From positions 4,526-68,525 of the forward strand of contig JANXUK010000067.1 in NCBI GenBank assembly GCA_025356275.1: DNA of 64,000 nt, read 5' to 3'. Shown here piece after piece: positions 38,409 through 48,582 of this stretch (its first letter is position 1; every line of letters starts with the position of its first letter). The translations under genes were made by a program, and so were the position numbers. Source of the DNA: Sphingomonadales bacterium (GTDB taxonomy: Bacteria; Pseudomonadota; Alphaproteobacteria; Sphingomonadales; Sphingomonadaceae). The notes under the pieces are model-generated. The model was not told the origin of the DNA and searched no databases. It saw only the letters and a program-made list of their open reading frames with translations.

Positions 38409-41009
38409 ATGAACGCCATCCGCACAACTTGCGCCTATTGCGGGGTGGGCTGCGGCATTGCGGCGACAGTGACGGGAGCGCGCTCGGTCGCCATCGCCGG
38501 GGACAGCGCGCATCCCGCCAACCACGGCAAGCTCTGCTCCAAGGGCACGCATCTGGGTGAAACCGTAGGCCTCGAAGGCCGGTTGCTGCACCCGATGATC
38601 GGCGATACGCGCGCCAGTTGGGACGAAGCGCTGGGCGAAGTGGCGCGACGACTGGCCGAAACCATCACCGAACACGGCCCGGACAGCGCGGCCTTCTATG
38701 TCTCCGGGCAATTGCTGACCGAGGATTATTACGTCGCCAACAAGCTGATGAAGGGCTTCATCGGCAGCGGCAATATCGACACCAACAGCCGGCTGTGCAT
38801 GGCCAGCGCGGTGGCGGCGCATGTCCGGGCTTTCGGCGAAGACATCGTGCCATGCACCTATGACGACCTCGATGCCGCCGATCTGATCCTGCTGGTCGGC
38901 AGCAACACCGCCTGGTGCCACCCGGTGATCTGGCAGCGGATCGAGGCGGCGCGCAGCGTCCGAGGAACGAAGATTGTGGTGATCGACCCGCGCCGCACCG
39001 AAACCGCCGAGGGCGCCGACCTGCATATCCAGGTGGCGCCCGATGGCGATGTAGCGCTGTTTGGGGCTTTGCTGGCCGAAATGCACGCGCGGGGCCTGGT
39101 GGATCAGGCCTATCTGGCCGCCAGCGTTACGGTGCCGGCGGGGTTCTGGGACGCGGCAACGCCGGAACCAGCCGCGGCGGAGCCGGAACAGGACGTCGCG
39201 AATTTCGCCGCTCTGGCCGATCTGGTCGCGGCGCACCCGCGCATGATCACGCTGTTCAGCCAAGGCGCCAACCAGTCGGTCAGCGGCACCGACAAGGGCA
39301 ATGCGATCACCAACCTCCACCTCGCGATGGGCCGCATCGGCACGCCGGGCACCGGGCCGTTCAGCGTCACCGGCCAGCCCAATGCGATGGGCGGGCGCGA
39401 AGTGGGCGGGCTGGCCAATATGCTGGCGTGTCACCTTGGCTTTTCCGATGCCGAGCGCGCCGATGTCGCGGGTTTCTGGAACGCGCCGGGGCTGTGCGTC
39501 GGGCCGGGCTTGAAGGCGGTGGACATGTTCCGCGCGGTCGATGACGGGCGCATCAAATTCCTGTGGGTGATGGCGACCAATCCCGCCGTCTCGATGCCGG
39601 ACGCCGATTTCGTGCGCGCCGCGATGGCCAAATGCCTGACCGTCGTGGTGTCGGATTGCATCGCCGATACGGACAGCAGCCGGCTGGCGCATATCCGGCT
39701 GCCGGCGCTGGGCTGGGGCGAGAAGGACGGCACAGTCACCAATTCGGACCGCCTGATCAGCCGCCAGCGCGCGCTGTTCGCGCCGGCGGGCGAGGCGCGG
39801 GCGGATTGGCGGATCCTGTGCGACGTGGCGGAGCGGCTGGGGCATCGGGAGGCTTTCGACTTCACCTCGCCTGCCGATATTTTCCGTGAATATGCGGCGA
39901 TGACGCGGCTGGCGCGGCGGCATGGAAAGCTCCTCGATCTGTCGGACAAGGCCGGGATCAGCGACGCCTTGTATGACGCGATGCCGCCGTTCCGCTGGGG
40001 CGCGGCGCATCCTTTGCGTGATATTTTTCCGACGCCCGATGGCCGGGCCCGGCTGATCGCGCTGAGCGGGCCGGTGGCGGCGGCGAACCCCAGGTATCCG
40101 CTGCGACTCAACACCGGGCGCTACCGCGATCAGTGGCACACGATGACCCGCACCGGCCTCTCGCCCACGCTGTCACAGCACCGGCGCGAGGCCTTGCTGG
40201 AGATCTGCGCGGAGGATGCCTTGGCGCAGGGGCTGAGCGATGGCGGCCTTGCGCGCGTGGTGACGCCGCAGGGGATTGCGGTGTTCCGGGTGAGCGTGAC
40301 GGCCAATCAGCGGCGCGGCGACATCTTTGTGCCGATGCACTGGACCGATGTGATGGCCGGCGGGGCGCGCGCGAATATGCTGCCCGATCAGCGCTGCGAT
40401 CCGGTCTCAGGCCAGCCAGGATTCAAGAATTCGGCGGCGCGGGTCGAGCCGGTGTATCCCGAGTGGTACGGCTTTCTGGTCACGCAGGGTGAGCCTTGTC
40501 TCGACGGCCTGCTGTGGTGGAGCCGATCCCGCCTTCAGGGCGGGTGGCTTTACGAGCTGGCGGATTATGCGGCGGCGGACGTTGATGCGCTGTTGCCCGC
40601 GCCGCCGCCCCGCGCCGAACGTATCGAGATGGCCGACCGCGCCACCGGAACCCAGCGTATCGCGCTGCGCGCCGTCGATGGCATGTTGATCGCCGCGCTT
40701 TACATCGCGCGCGCAGGCCCGCTGCCCCGGCGCGAATGGGTGGCGGGGCTGCTCGGGGGCGAGGCGGCCAGCGCGGTCGAGTTGATGGCCGCCCGTGCCG
40801 CCACTCCCGAGCCCGATCGCGGCACGCTCGTCTGCCTGTGCCATGGAGTGGGAGCGCGCGCTATCGAGGCGGCGATGGGCGCGGGCGCGTGCAGCGTTGT
40901 CGCGGTGGGCGAGGCGACGCGCGCGGGCACCAATTGCGGATCGTGCCGCCCGGCGATCGCCCGGATGCTGGAGGCAGCGCGCGGCGCCCAAATGGAGGAT
41001 GCGGCATGA
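38409..41009 (+). CDS. nasA: Assimilatory nitrate reductase catalytic subunit (Mo-bisPGD)
   Basis: TTCAYCGVGC, NSRLCMAS, TGQPNAMGGRE, C-terminal CLC...CGSC. Confidence 0.96.
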   Translation: MNAIRTTCAYCGVGCGIAATVTGARSVAIAGDSAHPANHGKLCSKGTHLGETVGLEGRLLHPMIGDTRASWDEALGEVARRLAETITEHGPDSAAFYVSGQLLTEDYYVANKLMKGFIGSGNIDTNSRLCMASAVAAHVRAFGEDIVPCTYDDLDAADLILLVGSNTAWCHPVIWQRIEAARSVRGTKIVVIDPRRTETAEGADLHIQVAPDGDVALFGALLAEMHARGLVDQAYLAASVTVPAGFWDAATPEPAAAEPEQDVANFAALADLVAAHPRMITLFSQGANQSVSGTDKGNAITNLHLAMGRIGTPGTGPFSVTGQPNAMGGREVGGLANMLACHLGFSDAERADVAGFWNAPGLCVGPGLKAVDMFRAVDDGRIKFLWVMATNPAVSMPDADFVRAAMAKCLTVVVSDCIADTDSSRLAHIRLPALGWGEKDGTVTNSDRLISRQRALFAPAGEARADWRILCDVAERLGHREAFDFTSPADIFREYAAMTRLARRHGKLLDLSDKAGISDALYDAMPPFRWGAAHPLRDIFPTPDGRARLIALSGPVAAANPRYPLRLNTGRYRDQWHTMTRTGLSPTLSQHRREALLEICAEDALAQGLSDGGLARVVTPQGIAVFRVSVTANQRRGDIFVPMHWTDVMAGGARANMLPDQRCDPVSGQPGFKNSAARVEPVYPEWYGFLVTQGEPCLDGLLWWSRSRLQGGWLYELADYAAADVDALLPAPPPRAERIEMADRATGTQRIALRAVDGMLIAALYIARAGPLPRREWVAGLLGGEAASAVELMAARAATPEPDRGTLVCLCHGVGARAIEAAMGAGACSVVAVGEATRAGTNCGSCRPAIARMLEAARGAQMEDAA

Positions 41010-41788
41010 GCGACTTTCCAGCAGGCAGCGTGTGGCTGGTCGGCGCAGGGCCGGGTGATCCCGAATTGCTGACACGCAAAGCAGAGCGGCTGATCTCTTT
41101 GGCCAGCGTGGTGTTTCACGATGCGCTGGTCGGGCCGGGCGTGCTCGCTCTGGCATCAGGCGCGGCGCGGCTGGTGCATGTCGGCAAGCGGTCGGGGCGG
41201 CATTCGCTCGACCAGGCCAGCATCGATCGGATGATCGTCGCGGCTGCCTTGGCCGGCGAACGCGTGGTGCGGCTGAAGGGCGGCGATCCGGCGATTTTCG
41301 GGCGCGCCACCGAGGAGCTGACCGCCTGCCGCGCCGCCGGCATCACGGTGCGGATTTGCCCCGGAGTCACCGCCGCCAGCGCGGCTGCGGCGGCGCTTGG
41401 CGCATCGCTGACCCTGCGGGGAACTGCCCGCCGGCTGACGTTTGTGACTGCGCATGTGCGCGCCGGCGATACGCTCGATCTCGACTGGCGGGGCTTGGCC
41501 GACGGGCAAGCGACGCTGGCGGTCTATATGGGCAAGGCCTCGGCGGGAAGGCTCGCGGCGGAACTGATCGCGGCGGGCCTGCCGGGCGAGACGCCGGTGG
41601 CGATGGTCGAGAATGCCAGCCTGCCCGATGAGCGGGTGTTTGCAACCCGGCTCGATCTGTTGCCGCTGGCGGCGCGGACCGCGCTGGGCGACGGGCCGGC
41701 GCTGTTGCTGATCGGCGAGGCGATGAAAACTACAGGACCCGCGCCACATCGCAATGCGACACTTTGCCGACAATCGCACAGCGATTGA
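41006..41788 (+). CDS. cobA: Uroporphyrinogen-III C-methyltransferase (siroheme synthesis)
   Basis: LVGAGPGDPELLT, RLKGGDP, GVTAA. Confidence 0.95.
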   Translation: MSDFPAGSVWLVGAGPGDPELLTRKAERLISLASVVFHDALVGPGVLALASGAARLVHVGKRSGRHSLDQASIDRMIVAAALAGERVVRLKGGDPAIFGRATEELTACRAAGITVRICPGVTAASAAAAALGASLTLRGTARRLTFVTAHVRAGDTLDLDWRGLADGQATLAVYMGKASAGRLAAELIAAGLPGETPVAMVENASLPDERVFATRLDLLPLAARTALGDGPALLLIGEAMKTTGPAPHRNATLCRQSHSD

Positions 41789-43118
41789 CCGCGCGGCCCT
41801 GAACGTCCCGAACCACGACGTTCCAGCGGTCGGGGCCGGTGCGCTGCATCGTCATCCAGCCGAAGCCGCCGACCCACGAACTGAACGCCGCGACCACCGC
41901 GCCGGGGGCCGGGCTGGCGCCGGGGGGTAGCTTGGCCGGCAGTTGCACGGTGTCCTCCTGCGTCCCCGAAAAGCCGGTGATGAATTGCGAGGGGTGTCCC
42001 GATGAAAAGCTGACCTGCTCCCACACATGGACATGGCCGGACAGGAGCAATTGGACATTGGCGGGGGCCATCGCGGGGTCGATGCTGCCGAAAGTGGCCG
42101 CCATTACGCGGTTGCCGGGGTCGAGCGCGACGACGCCATCTTTGGCAGTGTCGGTAAAGCCGAGCAGCGGCTGGTGGTTGGCCGCTATGTTATAGGATGC
42201 GCGAGCGGCCAGGGCAGCGTAATCGCGGTACATCTGCTGGAATTTGGCAAACTTTGGCGCGGTGGGTGATATAGCTCCATTTCCGGCAATCGACGTGTCC
42301 AGCATCAGCAATTGCGCGCGGCGCCCCAGCGGGATGGCGTAGGGTTCAGAATAATCGCCCACGCCGTCGTCTGCGGCGGCGTTGCAATCGCGGCCGGCCA
42401 CCAGCGCGCGCGGATCAAGAAAGCGCCACCAGCCCTGCCCGGCGCGCGCGCAACTCTCGTGGTTGCCGCGCGTCACGGCCCATGGCGCGGCGGCCAGCAG
42501 CGCCGCGGCGGGCGTGAAGAAATCGGCGTTCCACGCGTCCCAGCCATAGCCCCAGGCCGAGCCGGCGCATTGCGGCTGATCGGCGGGGCAGGCATTCTCG
42601 CGATACTCATAATCGCCGACATGGACCACCAGGTCAGGCTTCCACGCCGCCGCCGCCGCCGCGATACGCGCGAAGGGATAGGCGGCCGGGTCGCCACAGG
42701 CCTGCCACGCCTGATCGGCGCGCTTGAGCCGGCAGCCAGTATCGCCGATCACGACGATGCGGCGCACGTCCCGCGCTGGCAAGGGCAGGGGCATGCCGGC
42801 GATGCTGACATGATGCGCCGAATGCGGCAGCACCCGCTCGCAGGTCAGTACCGGAAAGGCCGAGGGCTTCGATTCGGCGGGGTCCGACTGGGTCGGGCGC
42901 AGCGCGATGGTTTCGGGCACGGCGCGCGGATGCATGATACGGCGCGCGCCGTCGATCCGGATAGCGGGGCAAGCGGGAGCGTCGGTGATCGCGCGGGCCA
43001 TCGCCGCGCCGTCCGGGCCCAGCACCACATAGCGGGCGATATGCGCCGAGGCCGGCATCACCGGCATCACTGTCGCCTGAACCAGCATGGCCCACAGATG
43101 TATCGCGTGCATCCGCAT
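41730..43118 (-). CDS. Exported calcineurin-like metallophosphoesterase
   Basis: GDTGC, HVGDYEY, RGNHE, NH, LSGHVH motifs; signal-peptide-like start; ATG 43118 with GAGG RBS. Confidence 0.88.
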   Translation of the reverse strand: MRMHAIHLWAMLVQATVMPVMPASAHIARYVVLGPDGAAMARAITDAPACPAIRIDGARRIMHPRAVPETIALRPTQSDPAESKPSAFPVLTCERVLPHSAHHVSIAGMPLPLPARDVRRIVVIGDTGCRLKRADQAWQACGDPAAYPFARIAAAAAAWKPDLVVHVGDYEYRENACPADQPQCAGSAWGYGWDAWNADFFTPAAALLAAAPWAVTRGNHESCARAGQGWWRFLDPRALVAGRDCNAAADDGVGDYSEPYAIPLGRRAQLLMLDTSIAGNGAISPTAPKFAKFQQMYRDYAALAARASYNIAANHQPLLGFTDTAKDGVVALDPGNRVMAATFGSIDPAMAPANVQLLLSGHVHVWEQVSFSSGHPSQFITGFSGTQEDTVQLPAKLPPGASPAPGAVVAAFSSWVGGFGWMTMQRTGPDRWNVVVRDVQGRAVNRCAIVGKVSHCDVARVL

Positions 43119-43166
43119 ATCTCGTTCCTCGGCTATGATCGCCCGCGTATCGCGGCCCCGCGTCAA

Positions 43167-43257
43167 TTTTGTGACAGGTGCGGCCGGCCCGCTGCCTTCA
43201 TACTGTCACCGAAACGCCATGCAAATGTCGTCAAACCATCGTCAAACCGTCAAACCG
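43167..43257. promoter_or_regulatory. Candidate Pho boxes (11-bp periodic direct repeats)
   Basis: ctgtcaccgaa/acgccatgcaa/atgtcgtcaaa/ccatcgtcaaa at 43203-43246 (+) and ctgtcacaaaa on - at 43167-43177. Confidence 0.55.
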
Positions 43258-43326
43258 CTAGGCCAATGCGCCCGGAACGGCGAGCCGCACCAAAGGTTGG
43301 GCGGTGGCCGATTCGGGGTTTGTACT

Positions 43327-45870
43327 ATGAGGAATTTCGTTCTTTCCGTGCTGTTGGCGGGCGCCAGTGTTGCCGCCATGGCCGCACCGGCCTTTGCCTC
43401 CGACGCCGCCGGCAGGGCCTCCGACGCCGCCGGCAGGGCCTCCGACGCCGCCGGCAGGGCCTCCGACGCCGCCGGTAAGGCCTCCGACGCCGCCGCCGGC
43501 AGGGCAGACGCAGCAGATGGCCCGATCACCAACAAGGACGATATCGTCGTCACCGCCACCAGGGTCAACCGCCAGACCCCGATCACCGCCTCGCTCCACA
43601 CGTTCGAGCCGCAGGCGATCGTCAGCCGCGCGATCATCGAGAACTCGATCGCCCCCACCGCCGATTACAGCCAGGTGATCCTGCTGACCCCGGGTGCCAG
43701 CCTGGCGCCGGGCACCGGCAATGGCGTTGGCCTGACCGATGCCAAGATCACCCTGCGCGGCTTCAAGGATGGCCAGTACAACATCACATATGACGGCATT
43801 CCGTTCGGCGATTCGAACGATCCGACCCATCACTCGACCTCCTATTTCCCCAATGGCACCTATGAACGCATCATCGTCGATCGCGGCCCAGGCAGCGCCA
43901 CCGACCTTGGCCAGTCGAGCTACGGCGGCAACGTCCATATCATCAGCCGCGAGGCGACCGATAGATTCTTCATGGAAGGCGAAGGAGTCTATGGCAGCTT
44001 TGATACCCAGTTGGAGCGTCTGACCGTCAATTCAGGCAGCATTGAGCGGCTCGGCGGGTTGAAGATCGTCGCGGCGGGCGAATACAAATATACCAAGGGC
44101 GCGCTGAGCAACGGCAGCGGGTGGTGGGCCAATGGCTTCATCAAGGCCGAATTGCCGCTGGGCAGCGATGCCAAGTTCAGCATCCTGGGCAATTACAACC
44201 AGAGCCTGTTCCACCAGTCGGACACCGGCGGCGCCACCACCCTGGCGCAGCAGGCGCTGTTCGGTCAGAATTTCGGCTTGGTCGATCCCGCGAATGCCGC
44301 CACCTCGGGCGATGTCGCGGCGCGTGCCGACTGGAACTGGCAGAACAAGACCACCGACATGGAGTTGGCGCGGCTGCAATGGAATGTGAACAGCGCGATC
44401 AGCATCGACAACAAGGCCTATACCTATTTCTACAAGAACTTCACGCTGTCCACGATCAACGATCCGGGCCTGTGCTCGCCGGTAGGCGGCGTGCTGGTGG
44501 AGACCGCGACCAGTTGCAGCGGCGCGCCCAATGGGCTGAAATCGTCCAAGGTCGCGCAGGTCAACCCGCTGACCGGGGTCCAGAATGGGGCCGGCGCCAA
44601 GCCGGTGCTTGTCGGCACCGCGACCTATCTGTCACCCGGCACCTTTGCCAATGGCCCGATCCTTCAGCTTAACGCCAACGATGTCCCCGGCTATACCAAA
44701 CTCAACCAGTATCGCACCTCGGGCGACATTCTGGAAGTGGATGTCCGCACCCACATCGGCACCGCCAAGATCGGCGCGTGGTATGAGCATTCGCAGTCGC
44801 ATCGCTATGGCTATGGCTATGATTTCACCCAGGCCTATAATGCCGGGGCGATCGGCAATTATCATTTCGACTTTGCCCAGGCGGCCAATTATTTCGACTA
44901 CTCGGAATTCAAGTACAACACCGCCCAGACCGAGCTGGACGGCAGCGTCACACCGCAATATCTGCGCTATGACGAGATCACCAGCTGGAACCAGATCCAG
45001 GGCTTTGCCGAATTCGAGCTGAAGGCGATGGACGACCGGCTGACCGTCACGCCGGGCGTCAAGGTGCAGAATTTTACCCGCTACACCAACACGCCGCTGG
45101 CGTCGCAGAGCACGCGCATCGGCATCAAGGCGCAGGAATCCTACAAGCCGACGCTGCCCTATTTCAGCGTCAACTTCCTCGCACAGCCCGACGTGGCGTT
45201 TTATGCGCAATTCGCCAAGGGCTTCATCATCCCGTCGCTGAGCAACAGCCTTGAGACGTCGGGCGCGAACAATGCCTTTGTGCCGCTCAACCCGCTGCCC
45301 ACCAAGACCTCCAACTATCAGGCGGGGATGGTCTATTCGGGCGACCGGGTGAACGTCGATGTCGATGGTTATTATATCGAGGCCAGCAATTCGACGACGG
45401 TGGACCCGACCAACAGCAACAACGTGATCGTCAGCGGCAACCCCGCGCATTATCGCGGCTTTGAAGGTCAGGTCAGCTATGTGTTCCTTCCGGGCCTGAC
45501 CGGGATCGTCAACGGCACGCTGATGGAATCGAAGGATGCTTTGACTGGCCTGTGGTTGACCAACGCGCCCAATTACACCGCTCTGGCGGGCCTCGTATAC
45601 AACACCGGACCGCTCAAGATCAGCTATCTGCACAAGTTCACCGGCCGCCAATGGGCCGATGCCGCCAACACCGTGCTGGTCGCGCCCTACAGCTTTGGCG
45701 TGCTGTCGGGCAGCGTGACGCGCGGGCGGATCACCGCCGGGGTCACGATCAACAACCTGCTCGACGATCAGGCGGTGGTGTCGCAGTCCGGCCTGTTGTC
45801 CAACCCCGCGACGCTGGTGATTTACCAGACGCGGCGCAGCTATCAGGCGCAGCTGAAGGTGCGGTTCTAG
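43327..45870 (+). CDS. TonB-dependent receptor
   Basis: Signal peptide to AFA, TonB box DIVVTA, plug RGF...YDGIP...DRGPGS, C-terminal QLKVRF. Confidence 0.95.
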   Translation: MRNFVLSVLLAGASVAAMAAPAFASDAAGRASDAAGRASDAAGRASDAAGKASDAAAGRADAADGPITNKDDIVVTATRVNRQTPITASLHTFEPQAIVSRAIIENSIAPTADYSQVILLTPGASLAPGTGNGVGLTDAKITLRGFKDGQYNITYDGIPFGDSNDPTHHSTSYFPNGTYERIIVDRGPGSATDLGQSSYGGNVHIISREATDRFFMEGEGVYGSFDTQLERLTVNSGSIERLGGLKIVAAGEYKYTKGALSNGSGWWANGFIKAELPLGSDAKFSILGNYNQSLFHQSDTGGATTLAQQALFGQNFGLVDPANAATSGDVAARADWNWQNKTTDMELARLQWNVNSAISIDNKAYTYFYKNFTLSTINDPGLCSPVGGVLVETATSCSGAPNGLKSSKVAQVNPLTGVQNGAGAKPVLVGTATYLSPGTFANGPILQLNANDVPGYTKLNQYRTSGDILEVDVRTHIGTAKIGAWYEHSQSHRYGYGYDFTQAYNAGAIGNYHFDFAQAANYFDYSEFKYNTAQTELDGSVTPQYLRYDEITSWNQIQGFAEFELKAMDDRLTVTPGVKVQNFTRYTNTPLASQSTRIGIKAQESYKPTLPYFSVNFLAQPDVAFYAQFAKGFIIPSLSNSLETSGANNAFVPLNPLPTKTSNYQAGMVYSGDRVNVDVDGYYIEASNSTTVDPTNSNNVIVSGNPAHYRGFEGQVSYVFLPGLTGIVNGTLMESKDALTGLWLTNAPNYTALAGLVYNTGPLKISYLHKFTGRQWADAANTVLVAPYSFGVLSGSVTRGRITAGVTINNLLDDQAVVSQSGLLSNPATLVIYQTRRSYQAQLKVRF
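43396..43503 (+). repeat. 21-bp in-frame tandem repeat (ASDAAGR x5)
   Basis: gcctccgacgccgccggcagg x3 exact, 4th ends taag, 5th has an extra gcc. Confidence 0.95.
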
Positions 45871-45880
45871 TGGTGCGGTT

Positions 45881-46049
45881 CTAGCGGTTCGTTTCCGACA
45901 TTTGCATCCCTTTCGACAAGGGCAGAGGCAAATGTCGGAAACATAAGAACCACAAGATATTACATTGTTTTTAATGAATTTTATGATTTTGACATTCGAA
46001 AGCACCCTTTGCCGCAAGCGGGACTCGAATGTCAAAATCAATCCACCAG
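45881..46049 (+). mobile_element. CTAG-bounded MITE-like element, copy 2
   Basis: ctagcggttcgtttccgacatttgc...gaatgtcaaaatcaatccaccag; preceded by a 13-bp duplication. Confidence 0.85.
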
Positions 46050-46137
46050 GATGCGTTGATATCAGCCCATGCCGGACTGCAAATGACCTGCGGTCGTCTG
46101 CGGCTCGCTGCGCCTTGGCCCCAATCTCAACACATCC

Positions 46138-47064
46138 TCATACACTTCCCCGCCGCTCCCACATGTCCCAGCAGAACAGCGCGATCGCGCCCCAGATAAG
46201 CACGAAACTGCCGATTTGGGCCGGGTGCAGCGGCTCGTGGAATACGAAGACCCCCAGCAGGAAAATCAGCGTCGGCGCGAGGAACTGCATAAAGCCCAGC
46301 GTGCTGTAATCCATCCGCCGCGCCGCCTCGGCAAACAGCAGCAGCGGCACCGCGGTAAGCACCCCCGACAGCGCGATCAGCACGCTGAACTCAATCGAAT
46401 CGCCGAAGCCGTGGCTGCCTGCTGGCGCCGGCACGAAGGCGAGGAGCAGCACGGCGGGCACCGACAGGATCACCGCCTCGATGGTCAACCCAGGCAGCGA
46501 GCCCACCGGGACCAGCTTGCGCACCAGGCCATAGGCGGAAAAACTGAACGCCAGAGTCAACGCGATGGCCAGCGTGGCCACGCCATCGCCGGATCCCGCG
46601 AAACCCGACAGCGCCAGCACCGCCACCCCGCACCCGGCCAGCGCCACCGCCTGCCTCTGCCGCCGCCGCAACCGCTCGCCCAGAAACAGCGTGCCCAGCA
46701 GCACATTGACGAGTGGGTTGATGTAATAGCCAAGGCTGCCGGCGAAAAGATGCCCTGCCTGCACCGCGCTGATATAGATCGTCCAATTGGCACCGATCAA
46801 CAACGCGCTGATCGCCAACACGCCGACGATGCGCGGGTTCTTCGCTGCCTGCCACACCACGCGTCCCTGTCCACGCAACGCGATGATCACCGCGCAGACC
46901 GGCAGTGTGAAAACCGTCCGCCAGCCGACGAAATGCAGCGCCGGCACGCCATGCACCAGCCGCAGATACAGCGGCAACAGGCCCCATATCGTGTAGGCGC
47001 CCAGCGCCAGCGGTATGCCGTTCAGCGGCTTTGCGAGGGCAGGTTCGGGCGCGAGTTCCATCAT
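46138..47064 (-). CDS. rarD: EamA-family permease RarD
   Basis: YTIWGLLPLY, SLGYYINPLVNV, GFMQFLAPT; ATG 47064. Confidence 0.92.
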   Translation of the reverse strand: MMELAPEPALAKPLNGIPLALGAYTIWGLLPLYLRLVHGVPALHFVGWRTVFTLPVCAVIIALRGQGRVVWQAAKNPRIVGVLAISALLIGANWTIYISAVQAGHLFAGSLGYYINPLVNVLLGTLFLGERLRRRQRQAVALAGCGVAVLALSGFAGSGDGVATLAIALTLAFSFSAYGLVRKLVPVGSLPGLTIEAVILSVPAVLLLAFVPAPAGSHGFGDSIEFSVLIALSGVLTAVPLLLFAEAARRMDYSTLGFMQFLAPTLIFLLGVFVFHEPLHPAQIGSFVLIWGAIALFCWDMWERRGSV

Positions 47065-47105
47065 CGAGCGGGCCTTAGGGCAATTCACGCCCCACCGCCA
47101 GCCGC

Positions 47106-48521
47106 TCAGCCCGGCGCGCCGAACCCCGCACCGACGCTGGCGCGCGGCTGCTCCAGCTCCGCCGAGGCCACCGGATAGGCGCAATAATCGCCGGCAAAGC
47201 TGCCCCCCGGGCGGTGGTTGCCCGACAGGCCGATGCCGCCCAGCGGCGATCCTGGCATCGCGCTGCCCAATGGCCGGTTCCAGGTGATGATGCCGGCGCG
47301 CGACTGCGCCCAGAAGCGCGCGTAATCCTCCGGCCCGCCGCCGATCAGCCCTGCCGCAAGGCCGTAGCGCGTGGCATTGGCCTCGGCGATGGCGGCGTCC
47401 CAATCCTCGACCCGGATAACCTGAAGCAGCGGGCCGAACAGCTCGATATCCGGGCGCTCCGCCATGTCCGTGGTGTCGATAATCGCGGGCGAGACGAAGG
47501 GCAGTCCCTCACGCCGGACCATATGCCGGATAGGCTTGCCGCCATGGCTCATCAGCCAGATGAAGCTCTCGGTCAGGCCATCGGCTGCCTCCATGCTTAT
47601 CACTGGGCCGATATAGGGCGCGGGATCATCGAACGGCGCGCCGACCACCAGCCGCTCGGTCAGGCGCTTTACCGCCGCCATCAAAGGCTCGAACATCGCG
47701 GCTTTGACGATCAGCCGCCGCGCCGCCATGCACCGCTGTCCCGCGCCGGCGAACGCCGATTGCACCACCAGCACAGCGGCATCCTCGATCAGCGGCGTGT
47801 CCCAAACCACCAGCGGATTGTTGCCGCCCATCTCCAGCACCAACAGCCGGTCAGGCCGGCCCGCCAGTTTGCGCGCGATGCCGGTGCCAACGTGGCTGGA
47901 CCCGGCGAACAGCACGCCGGCCACGCTGCTCATCACCAGAGCCTGACCCTCGGCCGGGCCACCGATCACCGTCTGGAGCACGCCCTCCGGCACCCCGGCG
48001 CGCGCGAAACATGCGGCCAGCGCCGCGCCGGTGCCGGGCGCCTTCTCGCTGGGTTTGAACACCGCGCAATTGCCGCCGATCAATGCCGGGATGATCAGCC
48101 CGGCGGGGACCAGCGCCGGCTGGCTGAACGGGGTGATCACGGCCAGCACGCCATGCGGCTTGTGCCCCACCCGCAGCGTGCCGCTGAGCCCGTTGTCATG
48201 CTTGCGCGTGGCGGAGCGTTCGGCGGCGGCGCGGATCGCCGATTCGACGCGGGCGATCACCGCATCGACCTCGGCCTTGGCCTCCCACAGGGGCTGGCCC
48301 GTCTCGCGTGCGATCAGCAGCGCCAGATCATCATGGCTTTTCCGGGCCTGATTGGCAAAGCGCCGCATCAGCTCGATCCGCGTGGTCAGCGGCAGCGCGG
48401 CCCATGCCGGCCACGCCCCTTGCGCCGCCGCCACCGCCGCGTCGACATCGCCCGGGGGCCCGCGCCAAACCTCGGCGCCGGTAGCGGGCTCATGGGAGAT
48501 GATGTCGGAGGGCGCAGTCAT
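47106..48521 (-). CDS. Aldehyde dehydrogenase, AstD (succinylglutamate-semialdehyde DH)-like
   Basis: VFKPSEK, LEMGGNNP, AGQRC, ELFGPLLQ; no other ast genes adjacent. Confidence 0.85.
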   Translation of the reverse strand: MTAPSDIISHEPATGAEVWRGPPGDVDAAVAAAQGAWPAWAALPLTTRIELMRRFANQARKSHDDLALLIARETGQPLWEAKAEVDAVIARVESAIRAAAERSATRKHDNGLSGTLRVGHKPHGVLAVITPFSQPALVPAGLIIPALIGGNCAVFKPSEKAPGTGAALAACFARAGVPEGVLQTVIGGPAEGQALVMSSVAGVLFAGSSHVGTGIARKLAGRPDRLLVLEMGGNNPLVVWDTPLIEDAAVLVVQSAFAGAGQRCMAARRLIVKAAMFEPLMAAVKRLTERLVVGAPFDDPAPYIGPVISMEAADGLTESFIWLMSHGGKPIRHMVRREGLPFVSPAIIDTTDMAERPDIELFGPLLQVIRVEDWDAAIAEANATRYGLAAGLIGGGPEDYARFWAQSRAGIITWNRPLGSAMPGSPLGGIGLSGNHRPGGSFAGDYCAYPVASAELEQPRASVGAGFGAPG

Positions 48522-48582
48522 CGGATTGCGTCCCTCTATCACCGATCCGCCACGGTTTCGTCAACGATGCCTCGGAATTCGT

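Noticed and set aside
47106-48521. Arginine succinyltransferase (ast) operon
   Set aside because: Only the dehydrogenase is present; its substrate cannot be assigned, so no astD symbol was given
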